Positions 6,756 through 15,400 of a stretch of 20,409 nt of DNA are shown piece after piece. The stretch is taken from contig JAVZYR010000012.1 in assembly GCA_038999435.1 (NCBI GenBank), positions 1 through 20,409 of the forward strand. Direction: 5' to 3'. The notes under the pieces were generated by a model that saw only the letters and a list, made by a program, of their open reading frames with translations, did not search any database and was not told where the DNA came from. Positions within the stretch are counted from its first letter, which is position 1. Each line of letters opens with the position of its first letter. The translations under genes were made by a program, and so were the position numbers. Source of the stretch: Candidatus Aenigmatarchaeota archaeon. GTDB lineage: Archaea; Aenigmatarchaeota; Aenigmatarchaeia; QMZP01.

Positions 6756-7934
6756 CTAAATCAGCTTCACATCTGTTAGCTCTGAAATAAATGGATCTGT
6801 TGTCCGCAAGTCCCTTTTTGACAATTTATGCACATCATCATGTCCGCATGCTGCAGCAGCCATCTTTACCTCCTCTGTTGTTGCCTTTAAAAAGTTTGCT
6901 GCCTTTTGTGCTGCTTGTGGGTCAAGTTTCTTTACAAATTCAGGGTCCTGTGTTGCAAGCCCGACAGGACAACGACCAAGATGACAAAGCCGACAATATA
7001 TACAGCCCATTGCTATGAGCAGGCTCGTTGCCATGAAAACCCCATCTGCGCCAAGGGCAAGACATTTTGCAACATCTCCTCCATTTGTAAGCCCACCGCC
7101 TATAAGAAGTTGTATTTTTGACTCCTGCCTATCTAATATAGCCCTTGTTTTGGCTAATGCTGCAATTGTTGGGATGCCAAAATCATCAAGCATGATTTGT
7201 GGTGCTGCTGCTGTTCCACCCTCACGGCCATCCACAGCAATTGCATCAGGGCCTGCCTTGATGATAAGCGGGATATCTGCATCCAAGTCACCAGCACCTA
7301 TCTTCACGATAATTGGTTTGCCCCCTGTAATTTCGCGAAGCCATTGAATCTTATTTTTCAAATCTTTCCAATCAAAAATATCAGGATGCGCAGGAGGGGA
7401 GTGTATATCCTTTCCCTTCTCAACCCCTCTTATCTTTGCTATTTCTGCAGTAACCTTTTCACCTGGCAAAAGCCCGCCCTGTCCTGGTTTAGCGCCTTGG
7501 CCAAGTTTAATTTCAATTGCGTCTGCTTGTTTAAGCACAGATTCACTTATTCCAAACCTGCCTGTTGAATACTGAACAATGAGCAGCCTTGCTTCTTTTC
7601 TTTCTTCTGGAAGCATCCCTCCCTCGCCTGTGTTTGTGACAGTGCCTGCAAGGGCCGATGCCTGAGCAAGCGCAATCTTTGAAGGTTTTGACAAAGCACC
7701 AAATGACATTGCACCAATCAAGATTGGCATTTCAAGCTCAAGTGGCTTGCTGGATTTTGGTCCTATAATCGTCTTTGCAGAAATTTTATCTTTAAAATAG
7801 TCTTTCGGCCGCCTTGCAATCTGTGAAGGGGCAAAAACAAGATTTCTAAAGTCTAGTATCTTTTCGCTGTGGCCACCTTGAATGATTGGCTTTCCTGTAG
7901 CTGACTTGGCCTTTATAGCTGATATCCAATCCAT
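6756..7934 (-). CDS. FMN-binding glutamate synthase family protein (stand-alone synthase domain)
   Basis: AMSFGALS, NTGEGG, IEIKLGQGAKPGQGGLLPGEKVT, SPPAHPDI, DGREGGT, KCLALGAD and the Fe-S motif GCIYCRLCHLGRCPVGLATQDP. Confidence 0.93.
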   Translation of the reverse strand: MDWISAIKAKSATGKPIIQGGHSEKILDFRNLVFAPSQIARRPKDYFKDKISAKTIIGPKSSKPLELEMPILIGAMSFGALSKPSKIALAQASALAGTVTNTGEGGMLPEERKEARLLIVQYSTGRFGISESVLKQADAIEIKLGQGAKPGQGGLLPGEKVTAEIAKIRGVEKGKDIHSPPAHPDIFDWKDLKNKIQWLREITGGKPIIVKIGAGDLDADIPLIIKAGPDAIAVDGREGGTAAAPQIMLDDFGIPTIAALAKTRAILDRQESKIQLLIGGGLTNGGDVAKCLALGADGVFMATSLLIAMGCIYCRLCHLGRCPVGLATQDPEFVKKLDPQAAQKAANFLKATTEEVKMAAAACGHDDVHKLSKRDLRTTDPFISELTDVKLI

Positions 7935-7964
7935 ACTATATTAATAATTGATTAAATAAAATGC

Positions 7965-8249
7965 CTATTCTCCTGTTTCTTTTTTGACTTCTTTTTTTCC
8001 TTCTTCTAATTCTTTGGTCTGTTGGCTATCCCTGTTTAAAAGCAGTGCAAGAAACTCTCCAACATGTGTCTTTTCTTCCTTTGCGATGTCCAAAAGCATT
8101 GTTTTTATGTTTTTGTCACTTGTCACAGCTGCCATCTGCTCATAAAGGTTTATTGCATCAAGCTCAGCAATAATACCAACCCTGAGTATCTCCGCATCTA
8201 TGTCTTTTTTGTTTGATTTATTCAAATCTATTGGTATGTTTGACATCAT
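7965..8249 (-). CDS. Small ferritin-like protein resembling encapsulated ferritin (EncFtn) / rubrerythrin half-domain
   Basis: LR..IIAELDAINLYEQ..DIAKEEKTHVGEF di-iron ligand pattern in 94 aa. GGAGGTG RBS at 8257-8263. Confidence 0.85.
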   Translation of the reverse strand: MMSNIPIDLNKSNKKDIDAEILRVGIIAELDAINLYEQMAAVTSDKNIKTMLLDIAKEEKTHVGEFLALLLNRDSQQTKELEEGKKEVKKETGE

Positions 8250-8288
8250 ATTCTAACACCTCCTTTTTATTTTATAAGAAGCTAAATT

Positions 8289-8594
8289 TTATTTCTTTGT
8301 GACCTTCTCTTCCTTCATCACCTTTTTTGCAATCAAGAAAACGACGAATGCAATTATTATAAAATTTAACAAATCTCCTAAAAATGCCCCCCATCCAATT
8401 ACAATTGGACCTAAGGTTAGTGTTGCTGTTTTCCATGCACCACCTGGAATAAATGGTGTTATCACAGGCATGATGATGTTATCGACAAGCGATTTGACTA
8501 AAGTTGTAGCAGCAACACCCATAATAAAAGCAACAGCTAAAGCTACTACCTTATATTCTCGCAAAAACTCCATAAACTCTTTAAACATACTCAT
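8289..8594 (-). CDS. mscL: Large-conductance mechanosensitive channel
   Basis: MFKEFMEFL..VVALAVAFIMG..LVKSLVDNIIMP..WGAFL..LLNFIIIAFVVF. Start moved from 8663 to ATG 8594 (or 8588) because the upstream 23 codons are AT-rich intergenic sequence. Confidence 0.92.
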   Translation of the reverse strand: MSMFKEFMEFLREYKVVALAVAFIMGVAATTLVKSLVDNIIMPVITPFIPGGAWKTATLTLGPIVIGWGAFLGDLLNFIIIAFVVFLIAKKVMKEEKVTKK

Positions 8595-8684
8595 GCACAC
8601 ATTATAATAAATATACAACTTTTTATTTAAGCATTTTAGCACTAAATATTTTGAATTTTGCATTAGTTGTAAACAAAATCAATA

Positions 8685-8692
8685 TTTATATA
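8685..8692 (+). promoter_or_regulatory. Putative TATA box for iscS-iscU
   Basis: TTTATATA ending 30 nt before ATG 8723, with a purine-rich tract upstream and an RBS-like GGTG at 8715-8718. Confidence 0.55.
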
Positions 8693-8722
8693 TCAACAAA
8701 TAATTTTTAATAACGGTGTTAT

Positions 8723-9874
8723 ATGAAAACAAAAGGTTTTAAGGCATACTTTGATTATGCAGCTACCACCCCACTTGACCCGCGTGTGCTCGCAGCAATG
8801 GAACCTTTCTTAAAAGAAAGATTTGGAAATCCCTCATCCATACATACATGGGGCCGAGAGGCAAGGCTTGCTATAGACAGAGCAAGGGAACAGGTTGCAA
8901 GGCTTATTGAGGCAAATTCTGAGAATATCATATTCACATCAGGAGGAACTGAAGCAGATAACCTTGCAATACAGGGAATAGCATGGCAAAGGAAAAAGGG
9001 CCACATCATTACATCATCAATAGAACATCATGCAGTGCTGCGTACCTGCCAATTTTTAGAAAGGCATGGCTTTGAGGTTACATATCTTCCTGTAGACAAA
9101 AGAGGTATTGTAAACCCTGACAAACTGCTACAAGAGATAAGAAAGGATACATTTCTTGTATCTGTAATGTATGTTAATAATGAAATAGGCAGCATCCAAC
9201 CTATAAAAGAGATTGCAAAAATTTGTAAGGAAAAGGGGATAATTTTCCACACAGACGCTGTTCAGGCATTTGGAAAAATTCCTATATCAGTAAAAAGGCT
9301 TGGTATAGACCTACTTTCTGCAAGCTCGCATAAGATATATGGCCCTAAAGGTGTTGGTTGTCTGTACATAGCAGATAATGTCAAAATAAAACCAATGTTC
9401 TATGGCGGGCATCAAGAAAGAGAAATTAGGGCAGGCACTGAAAATGTTGCAGGGATTGTTGGTTTAGGAGAGGCATGCAAACTTGCAAAAGCAGAAATGG
9501 AAAAGGACGAAAAAAAGGCATTATTATATAAAAACAATATTCTAAAAAATTGCCTACAAATAGAAGACTGTCATCTTAATGGAGATAAAAATGGCATCTC
9601 ATGTATTGCCAACTTCAGATTTAGGGGTATTGAAGGTGAATCACTAGTATTGAAATTAGATATAGAAGGTATTGCCGCATCTACAGGCTCAGCATGTGCT
9701 GAGGTTGAACTAAAACCATCACATGTTTTAATGGCTTTGGGACTTAGTCCTATAGAAGCACATGGCTCACTACGACTAAGCTGGGGAAGATTTACAAAAC
9801 CTGATGAAGTTAAACATCTACTCGATGTTCTACCTAAAAAAGTTGAAGAATTAAGGAGGATGAGCCCTGTATGA
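8723..9874 (+). CDS. iscS: Cysteine desulfurase (IscS/NifS type)
   Basis: YFDYAATTP, FGNPSS, FTSGGTEADN, HTDAVQA, SSHKIYGPKG (PLP lysine), RAGTENV, STGSAC (catalytic Cys). Confidence 0.96.
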   Translation: MKTKGFKAYFDYAATTPLDPRVLAAMEPFLKERFGNPSSIHTWGREARLAIDRAREQVARLIEANSENIIFTSGGTEADNLAIQGIAWQRKKGHIITSSIEHHAVLRTCQFLERHGFEVTYLPVDKRGIVNPDKLLQEIRKDTFLVSVMYVNNEIGSIQPIKEIAKICKEKGIIFHTDAVQAFGKIPISVKRLGIDLLSASSHKIYGPKGVGCLYIADNVKIKPMFYGGHQEREIRAGTENVAGIVGLGEACKLAKAEMEKDEKKALLYKNNILKNCLQIEDCHLNGDKNGISCIANFRFRGIEGESLVLKLDIEGIAASTGSACAEVELKPSHVLMALGLSPIEAHGSLRLSWGRFTKPDEVKHLLDVLPKKVEELRRMSPV

Positions 9875-10290
9875 ACTTCAGTTTGAAATATTCAAAAAGG
9901 GTTATGGAAGAGTTTCAAAATCCAAAAAACATAGGCGAGATAAAAAACCCTGATGGTATAGGAAGGGTAGGAAGCCCTCTATGTGGCGATATCATGTGGT
10001 GTTATATAAAGGTTGCAAAAAAAGACAATAAAGAATACATTGAAGATATAAAAATCAGAACATTTGGTTGTGTTGCAAATATCGCCACATCTTCTGTTCT
10101 GACCGAATCTGTGAAAGGTAAGACGCTAGAAGATGCGCAAAAAATAAAACCAACTGACATAATTAAAGCACTTGATGGCCTTCCTGAAGCAAAAAAACAT
10201 TGCGCTGACCTTGCTATAAATTCACTAAAAGCAGCAATTGAAGATTACAAAAGTAAAAAGTCAAAGGGTTTTGAAAGCAAGCACAAATAG
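9871..10290 (+). CDS. iscU: Fe-S cluster scaffold protein (IscU / NifU N-terminal type)
   Basis: YS..V.EEFQNPKNIG, PLCGD, TFGC and KKHC give the three conserved Cys. ATGA overlap with iscS. Confidence 0.94.
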   Translation: MNFSLKYSKRVMEEFQNPKNIGEIKNPDGIGRVGSPLCGDIMWCYIKVAKKDNKEYIEDIKIRTFGCVANIATSSVLTESVKGKTLEDAQKIKPTDIIKALDGLPEAKKHCADLAINSLKAAIEDYKSKKSKGFESKHK

Positions 10291-10989
10291 CATGCCAACA
10301 ACAAACATCATAAATGTGATCATCGATTTCTTAAGTTCTATTTCTTTGTGAAGCTCTGGAATTAGGTCTGAAGCTGATATATAGAGAAATCCTCCTGCAG
10401 CAATTGGCAAGATGTACTGTACAAAACCTGTTATTTCAGAAAAGAACCATCCAACAACCCCACCCGCAATGCATACAGCTTGGGACAGGAAATTATAAAA
10501 AATTGCCCTTTTCTTCTCCATACCACCATGTACCATCACGCCAAAATCTCCTAACTCCTGAGGCACTTCATGACTTATTATAATAATTGTGGTAAGTAAT
10601 CCAAAACCTGGATTTATAATAAAGCTTGCCGCTATGATCAGACCATCAATAAAATTATGTACAGCATCCCCAAAAATTATGAGATAGCTATAAGGATGGA
10701 CTTTACATATTTTTTCATGGCAATGATGCCAGTGCAGAAATTTTTCTATAAGAAAAAATATAATAAAACCAAAAAGCAAGCTACTAAATGCCATTGTTGT
10801 AGATAAATTTTCAAGGGACTCTGCCAAAAGATGGTACAGAGAACCTGAGAGCAGTGCTCCGGCTGAAAATCCAACTAATAGAAACAAAATTTTTTTCAGC
10901 GTACTTTCTTTGAGAAGAAGAAATATAGCACCTATAAATGCGACCAAGCTGTTGATAATCGTTGCGAATAATATCAGCCAAAAAGTCAT
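10261..10989 (-). CDS. ZIP family divalent metal transporter
   Basis: FSAGALL, His-rich loop HWHHCHEKICKVH, GDAVHNFIDG, HEVPQELGDF, AAGGFLYISASDLIPELH. ATG 10989 (ATGA overlap with the upstream stop) is preferred over TTG 10995. Confidence 0.93.
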   Translation of the reverse strand: MTFWLILFATIINSLVAFIGAIFLLLKESTLKKILFLLVGFSAGALLSGSLYHLLAESLENLSTTMAFSSLLFGFIIFFLIEKFLHWHHCHEKICKVHPYSYLIIFGDAVHNFIDGLIIAASFIINPGFGLLTTIIIISHEVPQELGDFGVMVHGGMEKKRAIFYNFLSQAVCIAGGVVGWFFSEITGFVQYILPIAAGGFLYISASDLIPELHKEIELKKSMITFMMFVVGMLFVLAFKTL

Positions 10990-11687
10990 ATCCAACCCAT
11001 AACCATGGATATACCAAGAGCAAACATTATTAATCCTGCAATTAAATGAAGCCTTCTAATGTTTCTTTCTTTCCAATCAGAAACAGATTCAACGGTTGTT
11101 ATGCCTGTATATACTGCTGCTGTTATACCAAGCATTGGAGCCACAAATATGAGATTGTATAAAAGAAGCCATGGTATGGTGTTCAGAATTTCGATAGCTG
11201 AAAGTATCCCTCCTGCAATTATATATGGACCAATTGTACATGGCAAAAGAAATAATGTAACAAAAATTCCAACAAAAAAAGCCCCTCGAGGACTTGTAAC
11301 GCCAGCAATCAGCTTCTGTGCTGTTGGCCTAAGAGACATTGGCATCTCTGTTGCAATGCCACCTGGCCTGTACCAAAAAAAATCTTTGATATTTAATATC
11401 CCAAGAACTACTGCAACACCACCAAGTATTTTGTAAAGCCAGAGCCTTATGTATGTCAATGCCTGAATAACCTGAAAAAATCTTATTATCACAATGCCGT
11501 AAAAAAGATAGAGAATAAAAACAGCAGTTGTAAAGCTCAATCCTGCAAAAAGTACCCTTTGCCTTTTTTCAGGATGATACGTCATTATTGCTATAAGCAT
11601 GAGGGTTAGCACTGCAAGGGCACATGGATTTATAGCATCAACAGCTGCAAGGGATACTATTTTAGAGATTGTGAGGTCCTCTATCAT
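10986..11687 (-). CDS. CcdA/DsbD-like transmembrane thiol-disulfide electron transporter
   Basis: About six hydrophobic helices with two Pro-Cys motifs, DAINPCAL and LLPCTIGPY. Confidence 0.85.
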   Translation of the reverse strand: MIEDLTISKIVSLAAVDAINPCALAVLTLMLIAIMTYHPEKRQRVLFAGLSFTTAVFILYLFYGIVIIRFFQVIQALTYIRLWLYKILGGVAVVLGILNIKDFFWYRPGGIATEMPMSLRPTAQKLIAGVTSPRGAFFVGIFVTLFLLPCTIGPYIIAGGILSAIEILNTIPWLLLYNLIFVAPMLGITAAVYTGITTVESVSDWKERNIRRLHLIAGLIMFALGISMVMGWI

Positions 11688-11709
11688 AAAATAATTTTTT
11701 GGCTCTTCT

Positions 11710-11717
11710 TATTTAAA
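11710..11717 (-). promoter_or_regulatory. Putative TATA box (internal promoter for ccdA-like + ZIP)
   Basis: Minus-strand TTTAAATA ending 22 nt before ATG 11687. Confidence 0.55.
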
Positions 11718-11729
11718 TAATCTCATGTT

Positions 11730-12443
11730 CTATTTTCTAAACCAATAAAACAATAACACAACAATTATTAAAACCCCAAGACCTGCCACAAAATAGCTTT
11801 GCATTTCTATAAAATAATTAACACCTTCTTTGACCTCATCGCCTCTCCATTGCAATATCCAGCCATCAAGTGACACGGCATAATCAAAGTCTATTTTGTT
11901 GCCAGATATCTGAACTGGTACAGCCCCAACCCGTGTATAATTGAGCTTTGATATATCAGAAAATAGTATCTTTCCATAATAGCCTAATGGCTTGTCAGAC
12001 ATCTTTAACAAAACCCTATTTCCTGCCCATATCTTTGGTTTTCCAGGCAAATCAGAGATCTGCTCAAATGCTGTGAGATTATCGAGAAGAGGACATAAAC
12101 TGTCTTTTTTTGATTCTAAAACAGACTGAAGATTTTCGATAATAGGATTATCACCAACAATGTATCTATCATCGAATATGAGCATTGGTATGCCAATTGT
12201 GCCAATTTTGTATTTTTCAGAATATGCAAGCAACAATCCTGAGTTCTCCGGTTGCTGATAAATTTCATATTCTATTATCACAAGGTCTGTGTTGTTTTTT
12301 AGTATTTCATTAAATAAGAATGGGTCTGTCTTTGCACAATGCGGACATCCTATGCCTGTGAAATATACCACACAATTATGTGCATAGACTGATGGAAATA
12401 TCAATATCGTTAGAACAAGCAAAATTAATACTCTACTTTTCAT
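11730..12443 (-). CDS. Exported, C-terminally anchored thioredoxin/glutaredoxin-fold protein
   Basis: Signal peptide ending VYA, YFTGIGCPHC active site, GIPMLIF cis-Pro loop, VGD motif, C-terminal TM ending FRK. ATGA overlap with the S8 gene. Confidence 0.85.
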   Translation of the reverse strand: MKSRVLILLVLTILIFPSVYAHNCVVYFTGIGCPHCAKTDPFLFNEILKNNTDLVIIEYEIYQQPENSGLLLAYSEKYKIGTIGIPMLIFDDRYIVGDNPIIENLQSVLESKKDSLCPLLDNLTAFEQISDLPGKPKIWAGNRVLLKMSDKPLGYYGKILFSDISKLNYTRVGAVPVQISGNKIDFDYAVSLDGWILQWRGDEVKEGVNYFIEMQSYFVAGLGVLIIVVLLFYWFRK

Positions 12444-15400
12444 ATAATTTTTTGTTTTAATATCTTATATTTTCCCAAAAACAAAATTGTAAATATTGCA
12501 ATAAATATAACTGTTAAAACAATCCATGCTATACTTGGTATTGCAGGTGTAGGTGAAGGTTCTGTTACATTTTCTGTTACGTTCTCTGTAATTGGTAATT
12601 TTGGTATGGACTGGAAAATCATAATCGCACCTGTTTCAAAAACAGATTTGAGATTTATATCTATATCAGCAATCCCATCATTATCGATATCTATCTGATT
12701 TTCTCCAAAAGATAGTATGTAGCTCTGTCCATCAAACTCTATGGTTACTGTTTGATTGCTAACAGCTATCAAGGTCATGTTTGTATCATTGAACACCACA
12801 ATATCAGATATATTTAGATATATTTCCTTTCCTTGAATGTATGAAAATTCGTATATTTTTGGAACAACAATGACTTCCTCTATTTCTTCTGTTGGTGGTA
12901 TGTAGCCACCTCCTGGAGCAGCTGGCCTCTGATAAGATGGTTCTGTCACTGTTATGTTTTTTGTTATGTTTGCAATCGAGCCATCCGAATCCCTTATATT
13001 TAAAATAACCGTATATGTACCTGAATTTTGATATGTATGTTGAACCGTTTCATTGCTCGTATGCAATAAGGAGCCGTCACCAAAATTCCACGAATATACA
13101 AAAGGCTTATCCCAACCTGTTGAATTAGAAGCATTAAATATCACAATTTGACCTTTTTGTGGTGATTGTGGATGCCAGTAAAAATCAGGTATTGGTATAC
13201 TATCTAAAATCGTTATGTTTTGACAAAAAACAGAACTAAAATTATAAACATCTGTCACATTCAAACAGATTGTGTATGTGCCATTTTGACTATAAACATG
13301 ACTAACATTTTGTTCAAAAGAAAAATTGCCATCACCAAGATTCCATTGCCATGTGGCATTATAAAAAATTTTTGAAAGGTCTGTGAAATTCACAGGCTTG
13401 CCTTCTTCTGGCGTCAAAGGTGTCCATGTAAAGCTTGCATTCGGTGTCAGATATATGTATATCCTGTTTGCTGCTTCTTCACGTCCATAGTTTCTATTCA
13501 GCAAAATCTGGGTTTGATTTTCTATACCTTTGTAATTTGCAACCACTTTGTGTGGCGTTAGATTGTGCTGTACATTTTCATTATCTATATAATATTGAGT
13601 CAAAAACCATCCTACTGACCCTGTATCATCTGTGATCAACTCAGATAAAGGATCAGTTTTGTTGAATTCGTATACTGTTACTGTTGCATTTTCTATAGGA
13701 TTTCCAAGATGGTCTTTAATCCATACTGTAAGGGTCCAGTTTATCACAAGTCTTCTATCATTTACCGTATCATAGATCTGATTTGTTTCTGAAATGTTGG
13801 AATTATAATTAATATCTGCAAGAATTATGCCATACCCAGAATTTTCTAAAATATTACCATCTATAAATGCTAGTTCATTACCCCAACCTTTCCCAAAAAT
13901 AGATATATTTGCATTGTTGATTTTATTGCCAATTACTGTTGTATTTTTGAAGAATCTTATCCCATAATCACAATTTGATAAATTGTTATTCAATAATGTA
14001 TTATTTCCATATGTAACATAATTTAAATCTATACAGGAGCCTGAATTATCAATTATATTATCTTTGATTGTATTATTGGAACCATATCTAAATGTTCTTA
14101 TTCCGCTGAAAGAAGAGTTGTATATTTTATTCCCGATTACCGTTGAATTACTATCAATCTCTATGGCAGTCCAACTATCATTGATTGTATTATTGAAAAT
14201 AAATGCAGATGACGTATAAACATCAATTGCAATTCGACTACCAGAGAGGTAACCATAAAATAAATTATGTGAGATATTTTTTATTCCAGAATAATATCCA
14301 TAGAAAACTGAATTTTCAAATATATTATAAAAAACATCCTGTCCTATAACACTTGAATTAACAAACATGTTATTGACAATCCTATCATATTTACCTTGTA
14401 ATTGAGCAGAGATAAAAGTATTATTATATATTGTACCGTTATCTGTCAGTAAAGTTGTCCCGATGATTATATTTTCAGCTATTAAGCCTTCCAAAGCCCT
14501 GAGATTAAGATAACCACTATAGGTTGCATTGTTACCGATAAATGTTATATTATGTGGCGTAGGTATGACATACGAAACTCCTACACTTACATTCTCTAAC
14601 GTGTTATTAATAATAGATATATTTTTAGCTCCCCAATCTATCTTAAATTGGCCTTGGCCTATGTTTCGCCACAGCCTATTATTGATAAAAATATTATATG
14701 TCCCTGTTGTTGAAAGGAGATAAGGATGGTTATAAATGTTGCAATTTTTCAATGTGACATTAGTCCCATCCACCCAAAATATTACAGGTTCCCATGGGTC
14801 ATTAGGGTCAAAAATTGCAGTTATATTTGAAAAATCACAATCTACATCCAAATTATTTCCATTTATATTCACAAACCTGTCTGAATAGACTTTTGCAGTA
14901 AGGTAATAGTTTCCTCTGCATATTCTTTTCGATGTATTTGTACCCACGATTGATATAGGTCCAAGCCTTATGCACTGTGAAATATTAAGAATAATCGGTT
15001 CAGAGCTTCTTATTGTTCTTTCATGGTCTATCAAAAATATTTCATCATAGTTTCCTATGAATTCTTTATATGCACCAATTTTGTAGGATGTTTTGTTTTG
15101 CAATGTTCCGTTTGAAATAATCCATTCTTCAAGCACAAATGGCTGGGTCCATCCTGATTGATTTGTAAAACCAGACCATTCCAAAGCATCATCAAAATAT
15201 ACCGTAACACTTGCATTATCAACAGGGCCTTCATTTGAGATTACATTTACCTGAACATCCCAAGCTTTTGATACATCGATGATGTTATCATAAAATACAT
15301 TCTCATTGTATATATCTTCAGAGAGATTTGAATTTACAGCCCGGATACCATAATCTAAGTTCTCAAATACATTTTGACTCGCATTCAACTCACCATCAAA

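Noticed and set aside
8595..8663. N-terminal extension of MscL given in the ORF track
   Set aside because: It lies in AT-rich divergent promoter DNA. The family-typical start is MSMFKEF.
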